A DNA stretch of 64,000 nt from Octopus vulgaris (lineage: Eukaryota), in contig OX597836.1 of the NCBI GenBank assembly GCA_951406725.2, positions 46,066,001 through 46,130,000 of the forward strand, read 5' to 3'. Numbering within the stretch: the stretch's first letter is position 1; every line of letters begins with the position of its first letter. Under the pieces are notes generated by a model. The model was not told the origin of the DNA. It did not search any database and was given only the letters and a program-made list of their open reading frames with translations. Shown one piece after another: positions 26,866-40,453 of the stretch. The position numbers were made by a program, and so were the translations under genes.

Positions 26866-27399
26866 TGTTAAGCGAACGGTCTTCGTCCCAGAGCTCGCAA
26901 GATGGGAGAAGTCCGAAACGTAGTCCTTTGCTATTCGTAAAACCCGCAGAAGAGAAAGCAGGTCAACCCCGACACCGAGACCATCAACGGATGGATGAAT
27001 GCGCATCCAGCTCAGCGGTTGCGTAGGAAGTCGGGGACAAGAAACAGGAAGAAAGAGTGAGAGAAAGTTGGAGCGAAAGAGTACAACAGGGGTCGCTACC
27101 ACGCCCTGCCGGAGTCTCGTGGAGCTTTAGGTGCTTTCGCTCAATAAACACACACAACGTCCGGTCTGGGAAACGAAACCGCGATCCTCCGACCGCGAGT
27201 TCGTTGCCCTAACCACTGGGCCATTGCGCCTCCACTGCTGCTGCTGCTGTTTCTGTTGTTCTTGTTTCCGAAACTACCTGAGTGTCTGGGTCATTTTCTT
27301 CAATTAATTGTTCGCTTTTCTGTTCTTTTTTTCTTCTTGTAGATTCTTTTTCTTTTATGCATTTCAGCCCAACAATTGTAGCCATGAAAACAGAAATGC

Positions 27400-27448
27400 C
27401 TCTCCGGCAGGGAATCGTTCTCTGGTCACCCGCGTGACAAGCGGGGAT
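27400..27448 (-). pseudogene. 5'-truncated tRNA-Asp(GTC) pseudogene
   Basis: Minus atccccgcttGTCacgcgggtgaccagagaacgattccctgccggagag matches the anticodon arm to 3' end of metazoan tRNA-Asp; T-loop damaged, D-arm absent. Confidence 0.7.
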
Positions 27449-28315
27449 TCTTGTAAATTCAGCTGTGGTATTTTGCTATGCGGCAGAATTCCGTGTGGTA
27501 GCCATTTTGGATGTGAAAATGTAGTTTGTAAATAAAATTTTACATGTTTGTGGAGCAAACTTGTTTCTCTTCATTTTCTTTCTATTTCTTTTGTTACCCA
27601 GGTATCGAACATAGGCCCTTTGCCTTTCTCGGGCATTTTTAGTTCTCCGTAATATTTGAAGAAAATGTGTTACGAAAGTAGTAACAAAATGAAGCCTTCA
27701 GACTATGAAAATCAAATATAATAATAATAGTCTTTTCTACTCTAGACACAAGGCCCGGAATTTTGGGGGAGGGATGCAGTCGATTAGATCGACCTCAGTA
27801 CGCAACTGGTACTTAATTTATCCACCCCGAAAGGTTGAAAGGCAAAGCTGACTTCGGTGGAATTTGAACTCAGAACGTAAAGACAGACGAAATACCTATT
27901 TCTTTACTACCCACAAGGGGCTAAACACAGAGGGGACAAACAAGGATATACATAGGGATTAAGTCGATTATATCGACCCCAGTGCGTAACTGGTACTTAA
28001 TTTATCGACCCTGAATGGATGAAAGGCAAAGTTGACTTCGGCGGAATTTGAACTCAGAACGTAAAGACAGACGAAATACCTATTTCTTTACTACCCGCAA
28101 GGGGCTAAACACAGAGAGGACAAACAAGGATAGACAAAGGGATTAAGTCGATTATACCGACCCCAGTGCGTGACTGGTCCTTAATTCATCGACCCCGAAT
28201 GGATGAAAGGCAAAGTCGACCTTGGCGGAATTTGAACTCAGAACGTAACGGTAGACGAAATACCGCTAAGCATTTTACCCGGCGTGCTAACGATTCTGCC
28301 AGTTCGCCGCCTTAG

Positions 28316-28420
<105 letters not shown>

Positions 28421-28440
28421 TTAATAATAATAATAATAAT

Positions 28441-28480
<40 letters not shown>

Positions 28481-28483
<3 letters not shown>

Positions 28484-29038
28484 GCCCCGATGCAGTACCA
28501 GGCAGTGGCTCTCATGGCTGCTGATCTTAAATGATTGGAAGTGTTATCATGTACATTCTTTTGTCTTGGCATAAAAGATGGACTACAGCAAATATTCTGC
28601 TCAATGCCACAGATTTGCTTGTCAGTTGTTTGACCTTAACCAGTTGACCATGTCCCTTAGTGGCTGACGATATGTGCATCTCTGATCACGAGCAGAAGTA
28701 GTGGGAGAGCATCATAGCCATGTGTTGAGAAGGATTCTTTGGGGTTTGAATAATTCACCTCTGGAAACATGGGTGGTTCTTTCAACATCCTTAAACAACC
28801 CTTATTCAGGGACCTTTTGAGCTGGATGGGCTACTCGACTTGAAGAAAATTCTAACGGGGCCCCACCTGCAAGGTCATGCGCTGTTTGTCTTGATATGAG
28901 ATCACCATTTCGTGCACATATGGTTGTGATGTATGGGCCTAGTGTACCTTTATCAGACGGGTAGTCATGATGGGTATATTGGGCTTCGTATATTTTACCC
29001 CAGTGTCACTTTGATGGCATGAACTGCTCTCTCACTCA

Positions 29039-29040
<2 letters not shown>
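28481..29040 (+). mobile_element. Non-coding ~560-bp element embedded in (AAT)n; inverted copy 46360-46918, fragments near 42430-42570 and 42795-42890
   Basis: Two highly similar full copies, each bounded on both sides by (AAT)n. Confidence 0.75.
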
Positions 29041-29119
<79 letters not shown>

Positions 29120-29519
29120 GCAACAACAACAACGTAATCATTTCTTTATGCCACAGATGGACAGATGACTTGTCATTACAAGTAGAAAGTACCTTGATGA
29201 TGGTCACAACGGTGATGGTGTTGGTAACGATGATGATGACGAGGAGGAGGATGAGATAGATGATGAAGACGATGAGGATGAAGATGACGATTAAAATACA
29301 GTACAATCAGGAGACACTTGATGTAGGAGGACCAAATCTTCAGGTAAGAAACGCTGCCATTAAAACCATTCTCTTCCTTGGAACCTTATTAATTCTACTG
29401 AGTACCTTAATTCTACCGTTTTACTCACCAAGTTCTTTGAAAGTCTATTCAAAATCTTCCTCTTCGTCAGGAAAGAATTTCTTCTTCATTACGTGATGAA
29501 CAGTTAACAAATAAAAAGT

Positions 29520-29680
29520 ATAAGTGTGTGTGTATGTGTGTGTGTGTGTGTGTGTGTATGTGAGTATGTATGTGTGTGTGTATATATATTATACAAGCAC
29601 ACACATATGCATGCATATGTACATTCACACACACGCATATATATATACATACATACATACTTATATATATATATATATAC

Positions 29681-29718
<38 letters not shown>

Positions 29719-29903
29719 CGATATGTATATCGATATGTATAAGTATATAGATATTGATACATACATATATTCACACACACACATATATATATAAATACTT
29801 ATATATATATATGTATATAATCTATATATAGATATATGTATGTATATATATGTATATATATACATATATATATATATATAATATATATATATGTATGTAT
29901 GTA

Positions 29904-29943
<40 letters not shown>

Positions 29944-29983
29944 CATGATACGCACACACACATATGATGTGCGCTCATATATA

Positions 29984-30015
<32 letters not shown>

Positions 30016-30133
30016 CTTATACATATATACACTGACATATATATACATGTATATATATATACTTATACATACACACACACATATATATGTATATATATAA
30101 AATGAATGTATACACACGCACACAAACACATAA

Positions 30134-30169
<36 letters not shown>

Positions 30170-31043
30170 TGTATGTATGTATGCATCTACATGTATGCGT
30201 ATAGTTTGCTATCAGAAGCAAGAAATTTTTCTGAAAGAAGAAAGAAGAAGACGAAAAAACAGAACAATCAGAGAGAATCTAAGCAAAAATAAAGAATCTT
30301 TTGATGTTTAGCGAAATATTTTTCTCCATCTATCGATCTTGGCGCCATTTTGTGAAGTCTGCCAGAATGTTCCCTGTATTAGACATTACACTGGCATGGC
30401 GCTCTTACCCTCGACCACCACCACCACACTTCCAATGGTTTATATCGCTCTTCTCTCTCTCTCTCTCTCTCTTTATTTGTTTGTTTGTTTGGGGAGGGGG
30501 TTCCTTTTGTCTTGAAACATTGATTCCAAAAATGGTAAGGAGAGCAACGATCGATAACTACGGTTAGTTTCAAATGGGAAATGGCTTTAAAAGACTGCAG
30601 GTTGAAAGGCAACTCTTTTGGATTCACCATTTGCACGTCTGTTCTGCCTTTCTTCGTGAAAAAGCGTGGGAAAGATGTGTGAATATATGTGTGTATGTCT
30701 TGTGTGTATATGTGTATTGTACCTGTGTATATGGCTGTGCAGTGTGTTGTTTCTGTGTGTGTATGTATGTATGTATGTATGTATGTATGTATGTGTGTGT
30801 GTGTTTGTGTATGTATGTATGTATGTATGTATGTATGTATGTATGTATGTATGTATGTGTGTGTGTATGTATGTATGTATGTATGTGTGTGTGTGTTTGT
30901 GTATGTATGTATGTATGTATGTATGTACGTATGTATGTATGTATGTATGTATGTATGTATGTATGTATGCATGCATGTATGTATGTATGTATGTATGTAT
31001 GTATGTATGTATGTATGTATGTATGTATGTATGTATGTATGTA

Positions 31044-31078
<35 letters not shown>

Positions 31079-31220
31079 ATGTATGTATGTATGTGTGTAT
31101 GTATGTATGTATGTATGTATGTATGTATGTATGTATGTATGTATGTATGTATGTGTGTATGTATGTATATATGTATGTATGTATGTGTGTGTGTATGTAT
31201 GTGTGTATGTATGTATACAC
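29520..31220. repeat. Compound (TA)n/(TG)n/(TATG)n microsatellite field; similar fields at 21270-22320, 39170-39420, 40075-40380, 47370-47710, 55200-55570, 62630-64000
   Basis: Direct reading. Confidence 0.95.
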
Positions 31221-31499
31221 GTGAGGGATGCTGAAAGTTCCTGGCATTGGGTTAAAGAAAATACATGATAATCAATTATGATTTTTTTTCAGTATATCGC
31301 CCTCTCAGATTCACTCATTGCAGCGGTCCTTCAGTTTTTCTAATCCCTGTAAAAGAACTCGGAAGTTTGGGCCTCCAGCCAGGCCTTTCGTGAAACCCTT
31401 AAAGCCAGGAACTTCTCTGCACCCACTCCTTATGTATGTATGTATGTATGTATGTATGTATGTATGTATGTATGTATGTATGTATGTATGTATGTATGT

Positions 31500-32056
31500 T
31501 ATGTTAGGTCACTTGCGAGTGCTACTGGTAACATGTAACCCAGTACAACCTGTTGCATGGTCAGGTCGTCGGCGACTAAACCGGCAACCCCACCAAGCTT
31601 GCTTGGTGAGGAGGGTGTTTACTGGACACCCTGTGGAATGAAAAACAAAACCCGTCAAAGGGCGGAGGAACTCTTGAGAGTCAACGGCCATCCAATAAAT
31701 GTCTTAAGGTTGGATCATGCGCGAGGACATAGAAATAATCGGACTGAATACCCGATCACGCGGTTAAACCATTGGGAGTGAAGAACCCTTAGCCTTTGTC
31801 AGGGCATCCTTCTAGGAGAAGGTAACTCAGGTAACTGGGATAACTCCGACATAAAACCTGCGGCTCAGTGGTTACCGATGATGTTGACTTGTTCTTCTTT
31901 TCGGATTATGGATGCTGTTGCTTAGTGAGTGGGATTGACTTAGTGCACAGCCTTTCCTCACTTTAAAAAAATCTTCTTGCACAGGCATTGCACTATAACA
32001 ACATTGATTAAGCTTTGTGCAATGGCCATACTCGATAACGAGGGGGCAGCCACCAT
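31500..32056 (+). mobile_element. Probable non-autonomous retroelement inserted in (TATG)n
   Basis: ~555-bp complex island bounded by (tatg)n; ctaggagaaggtaactc resembles RTE-type 5' UTR motifs. Confidence 0.4.
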
Positions 32057-32081
32057 GTATGTATGTAAGTATGTATGTATG

Positions 32082-32115
<34 letters not shown>

Positions 32116-32157
32116 TGTATGTATGTATGTATGTATGTATGTATGTATGTATGTATG

Positions 32158-32202
<45 letters not shown>

Positions 32203-32215
32203 GTATGTATGTATG

Positions 32216-32249
<34 letters not shown>

Positions 32250-32402
32250 TGTATGTATGTATGTATGTATGTATGTATATTGTACAGAATTGTAAAATCG
32301 ACACCGCTTACCAAATCATCGCAGAAAACGCAGATGTATGTTTGTTTAGATAAACAACAGTATGAAATTATAGTTCTTAAATCTGGCGGAGTGTAGCGAG
32401 GA

Positions 32403-32492
32403 GAGTCGTTGGTGTAATGGCAACATACTTGTCGCGACGGCATAGAGGTCTGGGTTCGAGTCCCACGCGTGCGGGAAACTCTACTTTTTTTT
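32403..32492 (+). other. tRNA-like Pol III unit (A box, B box, T-run), not a canonical tRNA
   Basis: tggtgtaatggc ... gggttcgagtccc ... T8; acceptor and anticodon stems do not pair properly. Confidence 0.45.
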
Positions 32493-33487
32493 CCGTTGAG
32501 GGGCTTATATACCCCAATATTAGACTACGTTATTTAGTCAATGCACGGTGATCACTTATAAACTTTAAGCTTATAAAATATTATTATTATTATGAAATAT
32601 TATCATTAGGAAATATTATATATAATATCATTAATATGGTTAAGAGCTCTCTTGTTTAAGAACTTTCAGTTCAATCGACTGAACAACCTACTCACTGAAT
32701 TTGCATATTGTTGCCTGAGGATGCCATAGATGCGTGCACGCAATTCTTGGGTAGAGTCAGCGTGACATGACATGACATGGCATGTTATGACACTGGATAG
32801 TACCGTGTAATACAATGTGATAGTCATGAGACTTGGGATTGAACCAGCAGTATGGCATCTAGGGACCGGATTTTACCATAATTTCTGTTCGTCCCACAAC
32901 TTGCCAATGTGGGTTTGTGTGTGTGTTTTATGTGTATACAAAATGTTTGTGTAGCTGTATTTTATGAATCTGTCTATACACATACATAGTTAATCCAAAC
33001 AGTGGAGGTGCAATGGCCCAGTGGTTAGGGCAGCGGACTCGCGGTCATAGGGTCGCGGTTTCGATTCCCAGACCGGGCGTTGTGAGTGTTTATTGAGCGA
33101 AAACACCTAAAGCTCCACGAGGCTCCGGCAGGGAGGGTGGTGATCCCTGCTGTACTCTTTCACCACAACTTCCTCTCACTCTTACTTCCTGTTTCTGTTG
33201 TACCTGTATTTCAAAGGGCCGGCCTTGTCACTCTCTGTGTCACGCTGAATATCCCCGAGAACTACGTTAAGGGTACACGTGTCTGTGGAGTGCTGAGCCA
33301 CTTACACGTTAATTTCACGAGCAGGCTGTTCTGTTGATCGTATCAACCAGAACTCTCGTCGTCGTAACCGACGGAGTGCTTCCATCCATAATCCCAACAT
33401 GAAGACACAAAGAGAAAACACAACAACGCGAGGACGTGGAACAAATATAGTATTATTGGACGCTCAGGAAGGAAGGGAAGAAGGAGG

Positions 33488-33522
33488 GTGTAACGTTTCG
33501 AGCGGAGCTCTTCGTCAGAAAC
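33488..33522 (-). ncRNA. Ultra-minimal hammerhead motif in a PLE-type tail
   Basis: gttt-CTGACGA-A-gagc[tcc]gctc-GAAA-cg-TT-acac. Confidence 0.6.
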
Positions 33523-36019
33523 ATAGGAAAAGGAAAGATCCAAGGAAGGGAAGACGGAGGAACTAATCGCCAACGGTACACACACGGTCACATACATTGA
33601 GGCCCTGGAATATGTAACACACTGCCTAAATACCAATCTTGAGAAATGAGGCTTCTTAAAACCAGAAAGGAGAGAGCTGATTCGAAGACTACAGATCCAA
33701 TCCATCACTGGAACTGTAAAAATCTGTAAAACTTTCCAGAAGTTTATCATTTAAGTTTATATGACCCTGTCTAGATATGCAACTATATGCATGAGAATAG
33801 ATACATAAAATATACAAATCTGCGCATACATACATACATGAATCCATGCATACATACATACATATATATATACATAATACACTCAAACAAAATTACCCCT
33901 GCCGTTGGTGTTGAAATTCCAATGAAGGAGCTTTGGATCCAGGTTAGAAACCGGTTCTTTCTCTGTTGGCAAGAAATCTTCAATTAATCTGAATAATGAC
34001 ATACATACATGCATACATAAATATGCAGCACAGAATTTTGTCAGTGAACAGATGGCGGTTTCGAAGCGGCGAAAATATTTTGGCGAATTAGATTTAAATG
34101 TTGAAGTGAATCTAACGGTTTTTATGTATTTTTAAATGGCTTATAAACACCTTTCACGCTGCAATTGTTTTGGTTTCGGCACACGATCTCAGATCAAGTC
34201 AGCTGCTATGCAAGTACATCTCCATAATAATTGCAAGTTGGCAGAAACGTTAGCACGCAGGGCGAAATCTTTAGCGGTATTTCGTCTGTCTTTATGTTCT
34301 GAGTACAAATTCCGTCGACGTCGACTTTGCCTTTCATCTTTTCGGGGTGGATAAATTAAGTACCAGTTGCGTACTGGGGTAGATTTAATCGACTGGCCCC
34401 CTCCCCCAAAATTTCGGGCCTTGTGCCTAGAGTAGAAAAGAATATATATATATATATATATATACTTTATTAAAAAAGCTTACTCCTTTTTATTCTTTCA
34501 TACTTTTATTTGTTTCAGTCATTTAACTGCGGCCATGCTGGAGCACCGCCTTTAGTCGAACAAATCGACCCCAGGGCTTATTCTTTGTAAGCTTAGTACT
34601 TATTCTATCGGTTCCTTTTGCCGAACCGCTAAGTTACGGGGACGTAAACGCACCAACTTCGGTTGTCAAGCGTTGATGGTGGACAAACACAGATACATAA
34701 ACAGACATGCACACTCACACGTACGATGGGCTTCTTTCAGTTTCCGTCTACCAAATCCACTCGCAGGGTTTGGCCGGCCCGTGGCTATAGTAGACAACAC
34801 TTGCTCAAGGTGTCACACAGTGGGACTGCACCCGGAATCATGTGGTTAGCAAGCAAGATACTTACCACATGGCCATTCCTGCGCCTATACATACATACAT
34901 ACATACATATATATATAGGCGCAGGAGTGGCTGTGTGGTTAGTAGCTTGCTAACCAACCACATGGTTTGGTTCCGGGTTCAGTCCCACTGCGTGGCATCT
35001 TGGGCAAGTGTCTTCTGCTATAGCCCCGGGCCGACCAATGCCTTGTGAGTGGATTTGGTAGACGGAAACTGAAAGAAGCCTGTCGTATATATGTATATGT
35101 ATATATATATGTATGTGTGTGTGTTTGTGTGTCTGTGTTTGTCCCCCCAGCATTGCTTGACAACCGATGCTGGTGTGTTTATGTCCCCGTAACTTAGCGT
35201 TTCGGCAATAGAGATCGATTGAATAAGTACTGGGCTTACAAAGAATAAGTCCATGGGTCGAGTTGCTCGACTAAAGGCGGTGCTCCAGCATGACCACAGT
35301 CAAATGACTGAAACAAGTAAAAGAGTAAAAGAGTATATATATATTTCAACACTCTCTCTCTCTCCCACCCTCTCTCACATTTCTTTCCCTTTCTTACTTT
35401 GCACTTCACTGTGTTCCTGTCTCCCTCTTTTTATTCGCCACTCCTTCATTCTTCCGTCTACACACACACTCTCTCTCTCTCTCTCTCTCTCGTCTCCCTC
35501 TCCTTAATTCCTTTGTTCCTCTTTTTCTCCATCTTCTCTTCTCACGTGACCGTTGGCCGACTGCTAACCCTTTTGCGTTTGACCACGGTCACTGTCACAT
35601 CAATATTTTTCCTCTGAAGTAAGGCTTAATTCCCAACACGCCAGGTGAATTCAATTCGTCACCAGTCGAAAGACGCCTGTTGTTATGCCCTGTTATTATT
35701 ATTATCATTATTATTGTTGATTTTTTATATTGTTTTTTTATTATTATTTTTGTATTTATATTCGTGTAACCTCGTCCGTTTTTCCGTCCTTGTTTCGTAT
35801 ACATTCGATGCCTTTTCCCAAGGACTTTTATGCTCTTAGCTTAGTTTTTCCTTGGGGCTGGCCAGATTGGAGCAATCTCAAGATTAATCAGCCGAAATTG
35901 CGGGGATGATCCAGTTCTTGACTGAAGATTAAAGGTTTCGAATGACCCGTCCGTGTTTTTTGTATCGTCTATCTGGATGCTTTGCGTTCTTGTCCTATTT
36001 ATATATATGTGTGTTTATA

Positions 36020-36055
<36 letters not shown>

Positions 36056-36087
36056 TGTATGTATGTATGTATGTATGTATATGTATG

Positions 36088-36131
<44 letters not shown>

Positions 36132-36225
36132 TAATCCAAACAAGAAAACACAGAAAAAACACAGCAACGCGAGGACGTGGAACAATTAAAGTATTATTTG
36201 ACGCTCAGGAAAGAAGGGAAGGAGG

Positions 36226-36260
36226 GTTTAACGTTTCGAGCGGAGCTCTTCGTCGGAAAC
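36226..36260 (-). ncRNA. Ultra-minimal hammerhead motif (core CCGACGA)
   Basis: gttt-CCGACGA-A-gagc[tcc]gctc-GAAA-cg-TT-aaac; same tail as 33.4 kb copy, ending at (TA)n. Confidence 0.6.
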
Positions 36261-36990
36261 AAGGAGAAGGAAAAATCCCAAGAAGTGAAGACAGAGGAAA
36301 AAAATATTTTTGCTGGTGGTTCTCAAGAGATCACATGTTGAAAGAACAGAAGTCGAGAGGTAGACGAATCATGATTTTTAAAAACAAGAGTTTCAAAGAA
36401 AAGGAATGTGTGTGGGTGCATGTATTTGGTTTATGTCTTTTGGTTAGGCTGTTGCGCTTATGATCGCTAGACAGTGGGTTCGCGTTTCTGACTGGGCGGC
36501 GTGTTGCGTTCATGAGCAAAACATTTCGTTTCCGGTTGTTCAGTTCCCCTTCGATCAGACAGAAATGTTGGCCTGCTCGCCGAGACGGCAGGGTGGCTCA
36601 TTTGGTGGCTTAAACATTGCAAAAGAGCATTGTGACCAGCGATGTGTAACAGCATCTGATAGGCTGTTCGGTCACATGTGACGTGAGATATATATATATA
36701 TATATATATATATAATACATATACATATACATGGATGTATATGTATACGTGTATAAATACACACATATATACATGCATGTATATGTGTGTATGTGTATGT
36801 ATGTATGCATGTATGTACTACGTACGTAAGTACGTACGTATGTATGTATGTATGTATGTATGTACGTATGTATGTATGTATGTATGTATGTATGTATGTA
36901 TGTATGTATGTATGTATGTATGTATGTATGTATGTGTATAAGTAAAGTGTGCAAGTACAGTTTCTTAAGCTGATGTGTTACAGAGGTGAT

Positions 36991-37027
36991 TTTCCGACGT
37001 TTCAAATAAAGTACTTCGTCAGGGAGA
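36991..37027 (-). ncRNA. Degenerate minimal hammerhead motif
   Basis: tcc-CTGACGA-A-gtactttattt-GAAA-cg-TC-gga; stem II decayed. Confidence 0.45.
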
Positions 37028-37362
37028 GAGAAAAGGATTTAGACATACTGTAGAAGGTTACGAAATAACGAGGAATTAGTTGTTGCCAATATGTGGAAGT
37101 TAACATTTGGAAACAGAATGAGGGTGAAATAGGGAGAGGGTGGGGTTGTGGGGGGAAGGAAAATAGGAGCTGAAAGATGGGGAGGCTTAGAATGTGAAGA
37201 AAAATGATGGGTATTGTTCAATGCAAAGTAGGAAAGGGGTCTTTTCTTGGTCAGATCAGTAACCTCAACAAACAGTTTGGTCTAAAGGATTATTCGTATG
37301 CACATTAGCAAGCACACACACACACACACATACATACATACATACATACATACATACATACA

Positions 37363-37426
<64 letters not shown>

Positions 37427-37573
37427 TATAGATATATATTGAAGCCCGAGGCTATAGTAGAAGACACTTGCTCAAGGTGCCACACTTCTTACCACACAGC
37501 TACTCCTGCGCCTATTTTGTATGTATGTATATATATATATATATATACACACACATATACATACATACATACA

Positions 37574-37633
<60 letters not shown>

Positions 37634-37660
37634 ACAAGCTAAATGACTACCCGCGACGCC

Positions 37661-37699
<39 letters not shown>

Positions 37700-37800
37700 A
37701 CAAGCTAAATGACTACCCGCGACGCCAGCGCCCGTTCTGGCGCTCTTTTTCTATATATCACTTGGAGGACGAATCGCAGCTATCTCTAGCGATTGAGTGT

Positions 37801-37847
37801 CCATCATTAATAAGACCAAGGAAAGTCGAAATCGCGTGATCTAGTGG
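37801..37847 (+). ncRNA. Degenerate type I hammerhead (core TTAATAA)
   Basis: ccatca-TTAATAA-gac[caaggaaa]gtc-GAAA-tc[gcgt]ga-TC-tagtgg. Confidence 0.45.
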
Positions 37848-37987
37848 TCTCAGCATCAGAGGTGGCGGGAACTTATCGCCCAGTAGTGATATAAAGATAA
37901 GTGTATTTTGCACCGAGCCATTATGAGAGTTTCTCTCATGGTATCTACTCCAGTATAGTTTGTTCTAATAGAACATCCACGTTTATG

Positions 37988-38073
<86 letters not shown>

Positions 38074-38078
<5 letters not shown>

Positions 38079-38698
38079 GAAATGACAAAATGCTGACAAA
38101 ATAATTTAAGTAAGGGAGAGTGTATTTAATTAGGTGAAAGTTCTTTTTTAAACAAAAAAAGAGAAAAATTGAGTTAGAATACAATGTTCATTTTTTTGTG
38201 AAGAATTTCAGTGTATAAGAAAAAAAGTAAGTCTTTTACAGTGTTCTGTTTCAGAATAAGATGTTTAGTAAAAGCGTGTAATATACAGTTTTTTGTGGAA
38301 AAGTTCAATGTCAGATTTCAGTGTAGAATAAAAAAAAGTAAGAGTTTACCGGTTGCGCATTTGTTATGCTTATCAAAAGATATTTTGAGTGAGATAGAGT
38401 TCCTTTCTGATTGATATGCGCAACCGGTAAACTCTTACTTTTTTTATTCTACACTGAAATCTGACATTGAACTTTTCCACAAAAAACTGTATATTACACG
38501 CTTTTACTAGATATCTTATTCTGAAACAGAACACTGTAAAAGACTTACTTTTTTCTTATACACTGAAATCATTCACAAAAAATGAACATTGTATTCTAAC
38601 CCAATTTTCTCTTTTTTTGTTTAAAAAAAGAACTTCCACCTAATTAAATACACTCTCCTTACTTAAATTATTTTGTCAGCATTTTCTTCATTTCCTTT
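38074..38698. repeat. Long inverted repeat (arms ~285 bp, 55-nt loop) next to (TA)n
   Basis: 38074-38360 is reverse-complementary to 38416-38698 with few mismatches. Confidence 0.9.
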
Positions 38699-40078
38699 TT
38701 TAATATATCACAACTCGTGTTCCACATCTCCTTTTTTATATATATATCCATAGTGTCATATACATACTTATATATATATATATCCATAGTGTCATATACA
38801 TACTTACCTTTTTTATATTACCCATAAGAAGCTAAAAACAGAGGGGACAAACAAGGACAGACTAAAGGTATTAAGTCGATTACATCGACCCCAGTGCGTA
38901 ACTGGTACTTAATTTATCGACCCCGAAAGGATGAAAGGCAAAGTCGACCTCGGCGGAATTTGAACTCAGAACCCCAGCGGCGGACGAAATACCACAACGT
39001 ATTTTGCCCGGCGTCCTAGCGTTTCTGCCAGTTCGCCGCCTTGTGTCATATATACTTACGGTCAGCGGTAGCTTGATTTCCAGTTTGCATGTTACACACA
39101 AACAAACACACAGATAAACAAACTCGTCGCATTAACACACACACATATACACGCACATGTACACATAATACCCCTCCTCCTCCTCCTCCTTCTTCTTCTT
39201 CTTCTTCTTCTTCTTCTTCTTCTTCTTCTTCTTCTTCTTTTTCTTCTTCTTCTTCTTCTCCTTCTTCTTTTTCTTCTTCTTCTGGTTCTTTTTCTTCTTC
39301 TTCTTCTTTTCTTCTTCTTCTTCTTCTTCTTCTTCTTCTTCTTCTCCTCCTCCTCCTTCTCCTCCTCCTCCTTCTTCTTCTTCTTTTTCTGCTCCCCCTT
39401 CTTCTTCCTCCCTCTTTCAACCTCCTCTCCTCTCTGTTTCGATGTTATCACATATACTCAGTTCACTCTTCACTGCGCATGTTCTCTCTCTCTCTCTGTC
39501 TCTCTCTCTCCCTCTCTCTCTTCCTCTCTCTCTCCCTCCCTCTCTCTCCCTCTCTCTCTCTCACCTTCCCCTCCCTCTTTCTCTTCATATCTATTGACAT
39601 TCTCTTCAACACTGTAAGTATCATGCCTGTTCGTGCTCAATCATATTATCTCTCTTCTTATCCGCTGGTTTTGTCTTAAAATTTCTTTTCCTTTCCTATC
39701 TCAGTTCTGTTCTCATTTCTTACACAAATCACCTCATTTCTTGTTGCTTCAAATCTTCAGTTTCTCTCCATAGAAAACATTCTTTAAACGTGAAGTGAGG
39801 ATAAATTTTGAAGCGCAAAAGTTGCAGAAATGTAAAAAGAAAAAGAAAAAACGATTTAAAGTCAGAATAAGAATTATAGTTCAAAATGTTTAGCGAAGCG
39901 TAAAAATATGAAGTTGATCGATAACAACCTTCCTTTCTCACCTTCTCCCAGGTGCCCCGTGAAAATGAAAGTGTTTACCTTGTGAAAAGCGAAGGAGTTA
40001 GTTTATAATTATTGTTTTAGTTTCTTTGTCAAAGTTCTTTCGCCACACATCCTGTGACCTGTTCAGTGACTCTCTCTA

Positions 40079-40152
<74 letters not shown>

Positions 40153-40157
40153 ACTAA

Positions 40158-40257
<100 letters not shown>

Positions 40258-40272
40258 ATCTATCTATCTATC

Positions 40273-40361
<89 letters not shown>

Positions 40362-40395
40362 ACTATCTATCTATCTATCTCACGTGTTTCTTCTT

Positions 40396-40453
40396 GTTCT
40401 GCCTATTCCATTGGAATAAGCTGAAGATGTCACACGATGTGTGACGAAAGAAC
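40396..40453 (+). ncRNA. Type III hammerhead ribozyme-like motif
   Basis: gttc-T-G-cctattcc[att]ggaataag-CTGAAGA-t-gtcacac[gat]gtgtgac-GAAA-gaac. Confidence 0.7.

Noticed and set aside
29157-29349. Possible exon with acidic D/E run and gtaaga donor
   Set aside because: All three frames have stops; the acidic run is a (gat/gag) microsatellite
30330-30545. YY1-like gcgccatttt and ATG-gtaag as a gene start
   Set aside because: Only a 26-codon ORF on minus and no downstream exons identified; motifs too short to be significant
31585-31625. Twister or HDV-like ribozyme in the (TATG)n-embedded element
   Set aside because: Only a simple hairpin (caccaagc/gcttggtg); required pseudoknots not found
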